Part shown: piece after piece, positions 16,501 to 24,384 of the stretch
How positions within the stretch are numbered: position 1 is the stretch's first letter
How the letters are laid out: every line of letters begins with the position of its first letter
Assembly: GCA_016209155.1 (NCBI GenBank)
Contig: JACQWU010000022.1
Coordinates: 1 to 40,814 of the forward strand
Length of the DNA: 40,814 nucleotides
DNA from: Candidatus Desantisbacteria bacterium
Lineage (GTDB): Bacteria; JACRDZ01
Direction of reading: 5' to 3'
Position numbers and translations under genes: made by a program
Notes under the pieces: generated by a model
Told to the model about the DNA's origin: nothing
What the model saw: the letters and a program-made list of their open reading frames with translations, nothing else
Database searches by the model: none

Positions 16501-18014
16501 AAAGACGTGAATTGGTGGAGAGGCTGAATATTCTAGTAAAGTACCGGCAACTGTTCGATGGTCTCCTTACTATATTAACGCAAGGCAGATTTCTTAAAAA
16601 AGACGGTGATGTTATAGCGTGCACCTCAAGAGTAGAAAGTGAGGAAACAAAGAAGCATCTTATGAATTTGGAACATACCAAGGAAGATCTAATACAAAAA
16701 TATCCATTATTAAAATCATACTTGTCTCTGCTCTGGATATGCATAAGCAATTATCCGGATATCCTGACCGGGAAAAAATTGGCAACAACTGTTATGTTTC
16801 CTAACTCTTCTATGGAATTGGTGGAAGGTATATATAAAGCTTTCAGCAAAGAATTTTCAATGGTCGCAAAATGCATAGGTTCATATGTTAAAAGGCGATG
16901 TGCGGAGTTGGGCGAGGGGGAAAAGATAAACATTCTCGAAATAGGAGCAGGAACAGGGGGAACCACGGTTTCAGTATTGGAAGCAATAGAAGAATATAGT
17001 GATAAAATACGGTATGTCTATACGGATGTATCAATAGGCTTTTTGTTTCATGGAGAGAATTTGTACGGTAAAAAATATGATTTTATGGAATTTAAATTAT
17101 TAGACATTGAAAAGAGTGCATTTGAACAGGGCATTAAGCAAGCCGAATATGACATTATTATCGGTGCTAATGTTTTCCATGCAACCAAAAAAATGGATAA
17201 CACATTACTGAATGTAAAAGAGTTGCTGAAGACAAATGGGCTATTGATTATGGAGGAAACAACTTCCAAAGTAGACTTTTTATTATTGACATTCGGCTTA
17301 TTAGATGGATGGTGGCTATATGAAGATAAAGAAAACCGTATTGAGGAATCTCCACTACTCAATATAGATAGTTGGAAGAGGTTGTTAGAAAAAATTAATT
17401 TTCAGAATGTTGGCTTTTTAGGTTATCAAGGCTCGATGCAACATATGATAGTGGCAGAAAATAGCTGTGTTCAGAGAATAGAATATCCTCTTTGTGAGTT
17501 TAAGGCACTAAACCATATAATCCTGCCCATATCAGCAATGAATAAGCAAAGCCTCTACTCTAATGCCAAACAGCTGAAGGATTTTTTGCGAAAGAACAAA
17601 GAACAAAGAAACTTTATATTGCTACTTGAGGATATTGCTTATACTTTGCAAGTTGGGAGAGAGCCTATGCGGCACAGGCTGGCCTTTACTGGCAAGACTC
17701 ATGATGAAATAATCGAGAAAATAGATATGTATCTTAATACTCCCCTCAAGAAAGTTGATATGTTTGAATTAAATAATGTTTCTCTGGACGAAATTGATTT
17801 AAAAGAAAAGACCTTTATTGGTAAAAAGGTTGATGCAGAGCAAATGAATAACCTTATTCAGCAAGGGGCAATGGACAAGTTGGCTGATCTATGGGTACAA
17901 GGAATGGAGGTTGATTGGAACTCACTTTACATGGGATACAAACCATCACGTGTCTCATTGCCTACTTATTCCTTTCTCAAGGAACGATATTGGGTATCTG
18001 ATAAAAATGGTTAA
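10578..18014 (+). CDS. trans-AT polyketide synthase: KR-ACP-KS3-ACP-KS4-cMT-(KS flanking subdomain); no AT, no terminal ACP, no TE
   Basis: GTG 10578 overlaps the upstream TGA (GTGA). The N-terminus is a docking-like helix (LDLKKILEMVKNKQIAPKEG). Domains, with approximate nt positions:
- KR2, ~10730-11990 (GGTGGLG near 11454)
- ACP2, ~12230-12440 (GFDSI, Ser 12327-12329)
- KS3, ~12630-13925 (Cys 13119-13121, THGTGT, NIGH)
- flanking subdomain, ~13960-14430 (LPTYPFAREKCWIP)
- ACP3, ~14600-14820 (GLDSI, Ser 14700-14702)
- KS4, ~14947-16265 (Cys 15474-15476, AHGTGIVLSD, NIGH)
- C-MT2, ~16330-17465 (ILEIGAGTGGT, GANVFHAT)
- flanking-type subdomain, ~17500-18000 (EDIAYTLQVGREPMRHRLAF ... LPTYSFLKERYWVS). 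Confidence 0.9.
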   Translation: MSKQSLDLKKILEMVKNKQIAPKEGFKLIKQVQQGISQAIEVAGDLENSASLYYQMQWEKSEAPAESEKKNPLASVLLFATDEGVFKTIQNLKDYEGNESSVIMVKYGESYRAFGKLIYEINPESREDYYHLIKELRKEELLPSKVIYLRSGKSLSNNEEILISQFRQDVYPVLFLSQAILDEGIRDKIKFLYIYLCQSDELYPQYAAMGGFARSVHLENQRFFFKVIGVRSMSNSNQIANIIAYEFETEDAEAEVLYDGDNRLIRRWKEIETENDKGKSVQLRDRGVYVITGGTGGLGLIFAEYLAKNVRPRLVLVGRSELTADKQKRIKDIEALGADIEYIRADVSKREEVEELIAKIKSRFMEVHGVIHAAGVINDSFVVKKTKEEMDEVLSPKVYGTIWLDELTKEEPLDFFITFSSIAGIIGNIGQCDYAYANSFMNYYAEKRAALGRHGKTLSIIWPLWKKGGMRIDEQTEKLLSDTMGIRLMDRETGLMAIEKGLRLGGSHLIPLVGDTDKIRLRFDNIESLSLLKTDAMQTLTQTDEVSLTKNLQKDMLSLVSDILKIDEKRINLDSSLTKFGFDSITFTELANKINDKYHITIMPTVFFEHSSLRSIVSYLIKEQRDSMIYYYKSKMSVPINALADSLIQKKADEKIAETETIVRSRYNKSHEEFREQGRTAIKDNIAIVGMSGVMPQSEDLEEFWRHLEEGRDMITQIPIDRWDWKEYYGDPITEANKTNIKWGGFMKEVDKFDPLFFNISPYEAELMDPQERIIIELIWKTIEDSGYRALDFSGTKTGLFIGISSADYRELMIEQHMSMGVSQSIIANRVSYCFNFRGPSEPVDTACSSSLVAIHRAVEAIQNGHCDTAFAGGINVIASPNLYVVFSRMGALSDNGKCKTFDKNANGYVRGEGAGILMLKSLSRAEADGDYIYGVIKGTAVNHGGRASFFTAPNPNAQAEVLIEAYERAGVDPSTLSYIETHGTGTSLGDPIEIEGLKKAFKELYKRCNKPISKKAHCGLGSVKTNIGHLEAASGVAGVIKVLLAMKHQRLPGLLNFKEMNPYIQLEGSPFYIITESMAWGRLRDEEKMPIPLRAGVSSFGMGGVNAHVVLEEYRDNNKQIIAENKETQVFVLSAKNEKQLKEYAEKMVKFFDRAFDKKEVTIANIAYTLQVGREAMEERLALIVSSIQDLKEKLSQYAQGAEHIENVYRGNVKANKGISELLDGGEEEHAFIRRLIAVKRISKLAQMWVSGVNIEWKLLHELQTTRRIALPTYPFAREKCWIPKIEQAAVIASNKQVQVTESSNLIHNNYVKNFEQEQSIIPHQIVKNTNLENTEVLFTATSEYFKNVFSSALKIDSKMIDIETDFQEYGLDSIMVNQLNKILEGKFGKLSPTLLFTHKNIKTLTGYFVKNYIEKLRYIIGVSQNNNKVNLTTSKQERQIGEVIKETSNKDSYNEEIAIIGLSGQFPLASNVDELWENLKAGRDCITEVPKERWDYKEFYDPEKRKIGKTCCKWGGFLKEVDKFDPAFFNINPEEAVIMDPQERLFLQTVWACLEDAGYTRTMLKDNNTKDIGAAVGVFVGASFHSYPLHVAEQWKKGVLVPLHTQTFSIANRISYFFNLSGPSVSMDTACSSSLYALHLACESIRRGECRFAITGGVNLPLHPSQYITLSAVGMLSAQGHCRSFGEGADGMVPGEGVDAVLLKPLKDAIRDRDHIYAVIKGTAANNDGKTYGYTTPNPIAQSEVIRKALTKSNVDTKTISYIEAHGTGIVLSDTIEIEALSNAYESYSKERNYRAIGSIKSNIGHIEAPGGIAGLIKVLLQMKYKLLVPSIHSEKLNSHINFENTPFYVQQKLEEWKQPVIEENGKVKIYPRRAGLSSFGAGGVNVHIIVEEYPSFGADHSCTGKDNLIPSASSLINAVMNEVRPLLIQSFNKIDINLYEKGYKDLNKWTRLLLLNAFQNMGLFNKSEERYQRRELVERLNILVKYRQLFDGLLTILTQGRFLKKDGDVIACTSRVESEETKKHLMNLEHTKEDLIQKYPLLKSYLSLLWICISNYPDILTGKKLATTVMFPNSSMELVEGIYKAFSKEFSMVAKCIGSYVKRRCAELGEGEKINILEIGAGTGGTTVSVLEAIEEYSDKIRYVYTDVSIGFLFHGENLYGKKYDFMEFKLLDIEKSAFEQGIKQAEYDIIIGANVFHATKKMDNTLLNVKELLKTNGLLIMEETTSKVDFLLLTFGLLDGWWLYEDKENRIEESPLLNIDSWKRLLEKINFQNVGFLGYQGSMQHMIVAENSCVQRIEYPLCEFKALNHIILPISAMNKQSLYSNAKQLKDFLRKNKEQRNFILLLEDIAYTLQVGREPMRHRLAFTGKTHDEIIEKIDMYLNTPLKKVDMFELNNVSLDEIDLKEKTFIGKKVDAEQMNNLIQQGAMDKLADLWVQGMEVDWNSLYMGYKPSRVSLPTYSFLKERYWVSDKNG

Positions 18015-18047
18015 ATAATTATTTTAACTGTATATAAAGGAGGGCTT

Positions 18048-19589
18048 ATGACTCAATGGTGCGGAAATTTTACAGAGTATGTTTGGCGTCTTTTAAATGA
18101 AAAAAAAATGTTAACCAACAAAGCATTCCAATTTTCTGAAAGAATAATAACGTATGAAGAACTTTTTGAGAATGTAAATAAAGCTGGTAACCTCTTAAAG
18201 GGAAAAGGGATAAAACCTGGAGATCGTGTTATGCTGATAATGCAGGACTCTGTCTCTCTTGTAAATGCTTTCCTTGGGGCAATCCGAATAGGTGCAATTC
18301 CTATTGTGCTTAATACTATGCTTTTCTCTAAAGATTATCCTTATTACTTTTCAGATAGTCAGGCTCGTTTATGCATTATTGATGAAGATTTTTTAGAAAA
18401 AATTGATGAATGCAAAAACCAGTGCCCTGTTATAAATACAGGTGAATTCGACAGGCTGACAGCAAAACAACCTGCATACACTGAGTTTTATAATTGCGAT
18501 CTTAAAACTCCTGCATTCTGGCAATATTCATCAGGAACCACTGGAAAGCCAAAGGCCGTTATTCATACACATTTCGGACCTGTTGAAATTTATAATACAT
18601 ATGCAACAGAGATTCTAAGCATTTCATCCACTGACAAGGTGCTTAGCACAGCACGAATGTTTTTCGGATATGGTCTTGGAGGCAGCCTCTTTTTCCCTAT
18701 TATGGCAGGCGCTATGACAATATTGTTCTCCGGTCGCATAAATCCCGAAAATTTTATTAAGGTTATTAATAGTTATAAGCCAACAATTTTTTTCTCAGTC
18801 CCATCGTTTTACAAGCAATTGTTGGATTATGAAGGGGGTGCTTATTCTCTGAATACATCGTCTCTTAGACTGGCAATATCAGCCGGAGAATCATTGCCAT
18901 CAGTAATATATTATAGATGGTTTGAGCGTACCGGTGTTGAACTGCTCGACGGCATTGGTACAACGGAAGCGCTTCATATTTTTATGTCAAATCGAGCGGG
19001 TGAAGTCAAACCCGGGAGTTGTGGTAAGCCGCTTAAGGGTGTTCAAGTTAAGCTTGTAGATGAGTCAGAAAATATCATACCAGGGTGCAAGCTGGGAAGG
19101 CTTCTTATCCATCACCCCGGAATCGCTGTTGGTTATTATAACCAGCAGGAGCTGAACTCAAAAGTATTTAGAGATGGGTGGCTAGATACCGGCGACATTT
19201 TCCGTGTAGATCAAGAAGGCCATTTTTGGCATATGGGCCGGTTTAATGATATGTTCAAAGTAAAGGCTATGTGGGTATCACCGATAGAAGTTGAAGAGGT
19301 ACTGTTACGTCATAAAATGATCTCTGATTGTGCAGTTGTCGGTGTTCCAAATAAACAAGGATTAACGGAAATTGTAGCATATATCGTGTTAAAAGATGGT
19401 ATAAAGCCAGAAGATTTTGTTGCAAATTCACAAATTCATAATCATTGTGAAGATATATTGGCGAGATATAAGATCCCCACAAGCTACAATTTTATAGAAA
19501 CAATCCCAAAAACTGCAACTGGCAAGAAAAAACGCTATGAGCTTCGGGAGAAATTTATTGAAACTTCATTGGGGAGGAATGAAATATGA
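18048..19589 (+). CDS. AMP-dependent aryl-acid:CoA ligase, benzoate-CoA ligase (BadA/BclA)-like
   Basis: AAGGAGGG at 18037-18044 precedes ATG 18048. Adenylate-forming motifs are present (WQYSSGTTGKPKAVIHTH, FFGYGLGGSLFFP, DGIGTTEALHIFMSNRAGEVKPGSCGKP, GDIFRVDQEGHFWHMGRFNDMFKV, PKTATGKKKR). The pattern matches my recollection of the benzoate/4-hydroxybenzoate-CoA ligase subfamily. Confidence 0.8.
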   Translation: MTQWCGNFTEYVWRLLNEKKMLTNKAFQFSERIITYEELFENVNKAGNLLKGKGIKPGDRVMLIMQDSVSLVNAFLGAIRIGAIPIVLNTMLFSKDYPYYFSDSQARLCIIDEDFLEKIDECKNQCPVINTGEFDRLTAKQPAYTEFYNCDLKTPAFWQYSSGTTGKPKAVIHTHFGPVEIYNTYATEILSISSTDKVLSTARMFFGYGLGGSLFFPIMAGAMTILFSGRINPENFIKVINSYKPTIFFSVPSFYKQLLDYEGGAYSLNTSSLRLAISAGESLPSVIYYRWFERTGVELLDGIGTTEALHIFMSNRAGEVKPGSCGKPLKGVQVKLVDESENIIPGCKLGRLLIHHPGIAVGYYNQQELNSKVFRDGWLDTGDIFRVDQEGHFWHMGRFNDMFKVKAMWVSPIEVEEVLLRHKMISDCAVVGVPNKQGLTEIVAYIVLKDGIKPEDFVANSQIHNHCEDILARYKIPTSYNFIETIPKTATGKKKRYELREKFIETSLGRNEI

Positions 19590-20623
19590 AAGTCACGCAC
19601 ATATTTACATATAACGAAGGTCCCTGGTACTCGGCTTTGGAAGCGATGCATCTTTTGGGACAAAATAATATAATTACTGAAAAGGCTCTCAAAGCAACCG
19701 AATATGAAAAGCGCAGATTATTTGCCATAAATGACATTAAAAAAACACCACTTGATGACGCTACATTTTTTCATATTCTTACTAAAAGCTTTTTAACTAT
19801 GGCAAAATCTTTGGTTGATCAATATCTAAAATGGAAAGGCAATAATAAAAATATTAAATCCATTACTATTATAAACAGCCAGGGAATACCAAAACCTGGC
19901 TATGATGAAATGCTGAAAGAATTAATGAATATAAATAACATCCCAATTTATCATATCACGGGAATGAATTGCGCAAGTACTATTCTTGCCTTACAGCATT
20001 TGCATCATTTACGTAAAAAAGACCCTTTACGAAAAGAAGAAATCGATTTAATTTTTTCAATTGAGGTACCATCTATCATGATGCGCCTCAAAAGATCTAT
20101 ACTACAAATGCCTTATGTTCACTATGATGGAGTTGTATCCGATGGTGCCGGATTGGTTGTAATTGAATCTTCAGAAAGTAGCTTAGGTCTGGAAATTGTC
20201 GGACATCGTAATTTTCTCTATCCCAAAGCTCAAGAGAACTTAATGTCAAGAGCAATAGGGAATCAAGTAGAACATGGGCTAACCACAGAATCTATTGAAG
20301 ATATAAGACATGTCATCAAGGATGCTATCAATTATACCTTGTCAGATCTTAATCTGAATATGGAAAAGATCAATCACTGGATTTTACATCCTGGAGGAGT
20401 AAAAGTCATTAATACAGTATCTAAGGAACTCGGTTTAAAAGATGAGACTATGAAATATGCTCTTGATACTATACGCAGCCAAGGGAATTCCATGAGCAAT
20501 TTGATTCTCTATGTGTTGCAAAAATATTTCGAATCGAATACCTTTAGCAATAAAGATATTGCAATGCTAATCGGGATCGCTCCTGGTTTTGAAATTCAAA
20601 CGGTGACAGTACGCTATTGTTAA
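19586..20623 (+). CDS. Type III polyketide synthase-like (chalcone/stilbene synthase fold) condensing enzyme, divergent
   Basis: ATG 19586 overlaps the ligase stop (ATGA), and GGGGAGG at 19571-19577 serves as RBS. A Cys-His-Asn triad sits in CHS-like contexts: GMNCAST (Cys codon 19970-19972), WILHPGGVKVI (His 20387-20389) and QGNSMSNLILYVL (Asn 20486-20488). The HPGG context points to type III PKS rather than FabH, which has HQAN. Confidence 0.7.
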   Translation: MKVTHIFTYNEGPWYSALEAMHLLGQNNIITEKALKATEYEKRRLFAINDIKKTPLDDATFFHILTKSFLTMAKSLVDQYLKWKGNNKNIKSITIINSQGIPKPGYDEMLKELMNINNIPIYHITGMNCASTILALQHLHHLRKKDPLRKEEIDLIFSIEVPSIMMRLKRSILQMPYVHYDGVVSDGAGLVVIESSESSLGLEIVGHRNFLYPKAQENLMSRAIGNQVEHGLTTESIEDIRHVIKDAINYTLSDLNLNMEKINHWILHPGGVKVINTVSKELGLKDETMKYALDTIRSQGNSMSNLILYVLQKYFESNTFSNKDIAMLIGIAPGFEIQTVTVRYC

Positions 20624-20639
20624 GGAAAGGGGGTGAATT

Positions 20640-21056
20640 ATGAATAATTTAAGTATTATTTGGTCCGCAGATTTTGATATCCGGAAAGGTTATCAAAAAA
20701 ATAAAGAACACGAACATATTGTATCGTTTATTCATGATCAATTGGTAAAACATGCTATTGAACTGAAAAAAATTGGTTTTCTGGGCATATTGTATGGCAT
20801 GAATCATGTGAGTGTTCGTGTTCCGTCCTTAACAGAACTAGCGTTTGGGCGTCTTTATAAAAAACACAAAGACAGGTATTTGTGTATATCTCTTCAACGA
20901 TTGTATTTAGTTGATGATTATCAGACTGGAATTGATAAATTAGCTGATGCTTTTCGTGCATTCGAAGCTAATTTGGGAATTATTTGTTGGTATGGAGAGG
21001 ATAAATTCGAAATTATGCTCGTCTCTTCTTCTGCCAATGATCTGTCTAAATCATAA
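20640..21056 (+). CDS. Hypothetical 138-aa protein, no recognisable motif, in the same operon as the type III PKS-like gene
   Basis: AAGGGGG lies 6-12 nt before ATG 20640, which is 16 nt after the previous stop on the same strand. I recognise no family. Confidence 0.5.
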   Translation: MNNLSIIWSADFDIRKGYQKNKEHEHIVSFIHDQLVKHAIELKKIGFLGILYGMNHVSVRVPSLTELAFGRLYKKHKDRYLCISLQRLYLVDDYQTGIDKLADAFRAFEANLGIICWYGEDKFEIMLVSSSANDLSKS

Positions 21057-21109
21057 AAGAGAAAGAATTTCAAATAATAATCCATTATTTTTTAAGAAAG
21101 GAATAACAA

Positions 21110-21799
21110 ATGATAGAATTAAAAGAAGTGAGTAAGACGTATACACAAGGTATAAAAAATATACCTGTTCTTCACAATATTTCGATTAGCATCAAGTTGG
21201 GTGAATTTGTCTCTATTATGGGTCCCAGCGGATCCGGCAAAAGCACACTTCTGAATCTCATCGGTGGAATCGACCAGCCTACATCTGGAGAGATATTTAT
21301 TAATAGCAAACCGCTTCATGGGATTAAGGATGATGAACTCACTTTAATCAGACGCAAACATGTGGGATATATTTTTCAGTTTTTTAACCTTCTTCCCATT
21401 CTTTCAGCTATGGAAAATGTTGGTCTTCCGCTTCTCCTCGAAGGTATACCTTTATCAAAAATAAAATCAAAGGTAGAAACGCTATTGCAAAAAGTTGGAT
21501 TGGAAGGCCGTATGGAACATCGGCCCGAGCAGCTTTCAGGAGGAGAAATGCAGCGTGTAGCGATAGCGCGCTCTCTAATTACAGATCCCGAAGTACTCCT
21601 TGCGGACGAACCAACAGGTAATTTGGATTCGCGTTCAAGTGAAGAGATATTCAATATGCTTAAAAAACTAAATGCCGAAGGCCAAACTATTATAATGGTA
21701 ACACATGATTCTAAAGCTGCTGATTGCGGTACACGGCTTATCACGATCAAAGACGGATTTCTGGCTTCCGATAAAAAGCTAAAGGAGGTTAGGGCATGA
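21110..21799 (+). CDS. ABC transporter ATP-binding protein, LolD/MacB-type
   Basis: Walker A is GPSGSGKST, the signature is LSGGEMQRVAIAR, and Walker B is LLADEPTGNLD, followed by the H-loop VTHD. The FNLLP...ENV motif is typical of the LolD/MacB clade. Confidence 0.9.
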   Translation: MIELKEVSKTYTQGIKNIPVLHNISISIKLGEFVSIMGPSGSGKSTLLNLIGGIDQPTSGEIFINSKPLHGIKDDELTLIRRKHVGYIFQFFNLLPILSAMENVGLPLLLEGIPLSKIKSKVETLLQKVGLEGRMEHRPEQLSGGEMQRVAIARSLITDPEVLLADEPTGNLDSRSSEEIFNMLKKLNAEGQTIIMVTHDSKAADCGTRLITIKDGFLASDKKLKEVRA

Positions 21800-24384
21800 G
21801 TATTTTAAATTTTTTTCGTTACATTAGCCTTAGACATATACGATTTCAAAAAACACAATCGATTGTTGTTTTGCTCAGTATCTGTCTAGGTATTGCAACA
21901 ATAGTCTCAATAACCATTGTAAATAGAAGCGTTCTATATTCATATGAAGATACATTTAATAAAATGTTGGGCCGCTCCAGTTTACAGATCTCAGGTCCCG
22001 AAACAGGATTTCCCGAGAATCTTGTAGATAAGGTTTTGAAAGTTCCCGGAGTGGAATATGCTGCACCAGTAATCGAAACTCAGGGGATACTTATCGGAGC
22101 AAAAGAACATTCTATTATGATCCTGGGTGTGGATGTGCTTCAGGATAATCAAATTCGAGATTACAGCATTTCAGGTGAAAGCGCGGATATACCAGATCCT
22201 CTTTTATTCCTCGCAAAACCTGGTTCTATTCTAATACCGCGCAGTTTGGCAGAATCTGAAAAAATAGAAATAGATCAGGATGTGCAGATACAAACAGTCT
22301 ACGGTATACAGAAATTTCGTGTTCGCGGACTTCTTAACCCGGAGGGACCTGCAAAGGCAGTGGGTGGTAACATAGCAGTAATGGACATCTTTGCGGCACA
22401 AATGGCTTTTGGAAAAGAAGCCCGTATCGATCGAATTGATATCGGTCTGTATCGTGGGACTGATATAGAAGAAGTGCAACACCATTTAGAGAAAACTATT
22501 CCTCAGGGATATAAAATTACGACTCCGGCAGGCAGGACTAAGCAGGTACAAAAAATTCTTTCCAGCATGCAGAGCAATATAGATCTTATCGGTTATATTT
22601 CGATCATTGTTGGCATGTATCTTATTTACAATGCAGTTTCAATCACTGTTGTACGCCGTAAAAAAGAAATAGGTATACTCCGTGCTCTTGGGGCTACGCG
22701 AAGTCAAATCATAAAAACATTTCTCGGAGAGCACATTATAATTGCTACTGTAGCCTCAGCATTAGGTGTAGCATTGGGGATTCTTTTTGCAAAAGCCGCG
22801 GTCGGCGCTGTTGGAGAGATTATATCCAGTATGTACATGAGGACATCAGTCTCTGAAATCAAAATCTATTGGGCTGATATTTTCTCAGGTTTTGCAGCTG
22901 GAATTCTTGCAACCCTGATTGCATCATTGATTCCTGCATTTTCAACCGCCAATATAACACCAATTTTAGCTATACGATCAGTTCCATATTCGGAAGAGAA
23001 AATGCTTACTGCCAGAACTGTCAGGATGGTGTCTATATTACTCGTATTTCTCTCTATAGTTCTTCTAATCTTCTATAAAGCTACAAAATTTTTTCCTGTA
23101 TTTCACAATAAAAGTATAATATTTTTATCCGTTACTGCGATACTGGTTGGAATTTCACTCTCAACGACCGATTTTCTCAGATGGGTACTTACTTTTTTTC
23201 AGCGTTTCATTTTACCCTTGTTTAGCGGTTCTCCCAGACTTGCCGGCCTAAATTTGCAGAAAAATATCTCCCGGAATGCTGTAGCCGTAGCTGCTGTGTT
23301 TTACAGTATTGCAATATTTGTGAGCTCAGCAGGCTTTATGTATAGCATTAAAGAATCTATACTCTCGTATACTGATTCCGTTGTGCGAGGTGATATCCTT
23401 GTAACTTCAGGACATCCACTTTCTGTAGGTTCTCAGAATATTCCTATGCCAGTTGAGTTAGGAAAAGAAATAGAGAAAATTCCCGGAGTGCTATCAGCAG
23501 ATCCCTTTCGCAAAACATATATTGACTATAGCGGTAAACGGGTTGTTCTTTTGACCGTGGATGTAGCACGAAGACTTGAATACAGTCCGTTTATGTTTGC
23601 CCAGGGAACACATGACGAGATGGTAAAACTTCTGCCACACAACGATGCTGCAGTAGTAAGCGAAGGTTTTGCTTCACATTTTAATGTCGTACCAGGAGAT
23701 ACAATTACTTTGTCAACACCGCAAGGTCCGGTACCCTTCCATGTAGTTGCAATAATTGTTGATTATATGTCAGATGTGGGGTCTGTGCTGGTAGATATCG
23801 ATACATATCAGCGCCATTGGGGTGATATGCTTGCAGAGACCTTTTCAGTGCGTGTGAAACCAGGGGAGAGCATAAATACTGTACAAGAAGCTATTATGAA
23901 GAAATTCGGAGCTAATCGAAAATTATTTGTTCTCTCAGGTCGTGAATTTAAGGAAGAGAGCCGTAAGTTAATCGATCAGACCTTTATCATGCACTATGCA
24001 GTAAACATCATAAGCATGATTATTGCTTGCTTTGGTATTATTGTTGCTCTGCTTGCATCAGTGCTCGAACGAACACGTGAGATAGGAATCCTGCGTTCTA
24101 TAGGTATGCTGCGCTCCCAAGTATCTCGAGTGGTAATGCTTGAATCAGTGATCCTGGGCATTAGTGGAGGGGTGCTTGGCTCTCTCACAGGAGTTCTTCT
24201 GGGATGGATAAGCCTGGATGGTTTTTATCGGGTAGATTACGGTGCAAGCATTGCTTATTACATACCTTATATGTATGTCATCTGGGCTATAATAATCTCG
24301 GCAGGGCTTGCAACACTTGCAGGACTCTATCCAGCACACCGAGCTGCGAAAACAAATATTGTGGAGGCATTGAACTATGAATAA
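21796..24384 (+). CDS. ABC transporter permease with two FtsX/MacB-type domains (862 aa)
   Basis: ATG 21796 overlaps the ATPase stop (ATGA). Two copies of the FtsX-type block (RRKKEIGILRALGATRSQI and ERTREIGILRSIGMLRSQV) are each followed by hydrophobic helices, with large soluble loops between them. Confidence 0.85.
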   Translation: MSILNFFRYISLRHIRFQKTQSIVVLLSICLGIATIVSITIVNRSVLYSYEDTFNKMLGRSSLQISGPETGFPENLVDKVLKVPGVEYAAPVIETQGILIGAKEHSIMILGVDVLQDNQIRDYSISGESADIPDPLLFLAKPGSILIPRSLAESEKIEIDQDVQIQTVYGIQKFRVRGLLNPEGPAKAVGGNIAVMDIFAAQMAFGKEARIDRIDIGLYRGTDIEEVQHHLEKTIPQGYKITTPAGRTKQVQKILSSMQSNIDLIGYISIIVGMYLIYNAVSITVVRRKKEIGILRALGATRSQIIKTFLGEHIIIATVASALGVALGILFAKAAVGAVGEIISSMYMRTSVSEIKIYWADIFSGFAAGILATLIASLIPAFSTANITPILAIRSVPYSEEKMLTARTVRMVSILLVFLSIVLLIFYKATKFFPVFHNKSIIFLSVTAILVGISLSTTDFLRWVLTFFQRFILPLFSGSPRLAGLNLQKNISRNAVAVAAVFYSIAIFVSSAGFMYSIKESILSYTDSVVRGDILVTSGHPLSVGSQNIPMPVELGKEIEKIPGVLSADPFRKTYIDYSGKRVVLLTVDVARRLEYSPFMFAQGTHDEMVKLLPHNDAAVVSEGFASHFNVVPGDTITLSTPQGPVPFHVVAIIVDYMSDVGSVLVDIDTYQRHWGDMLAETFSVRVKPGESINTVQEAIMKKFGANRKLFVLSGREFKEESRKLIDQTFIMHYAVNIISMIIACFGIIVALLASVLERTREIGILRSIGMLRSQVSRVVMLESVILGISGGVLGSLTGVLLGWISLDGFYRVDYGASIAYYIPYMYVIWAIIISAGLATLAGLYPAHRAAKTNIVEALNYE

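Noticed and set aside
1479-17362. Numerous 60-140-aa minus-strand and off-frame ORFs inside the PKS genes (for example 1479-1922, 4402-4707, 7979-8335, 9517-9933, 11288-11653, 13131-13526, 17048-17362).
   Set aside because: All lie antisense to, or out of frame with, reading frames that carry unambiguous KS, DH, KR, MT and ACP motifs over kilobases. Their translations are low-complexity with no recognisable motifs, so they are shadow ORFs.
21119-24339. Minus-strand ORFs inside the ABC ATPase and permease genes (21119-21319, 21376-21750, 22231-22485, 23994-24188, 24145-24339).
   Set aside because: They are antisense to strongly supported transporter frames and have no motifs.
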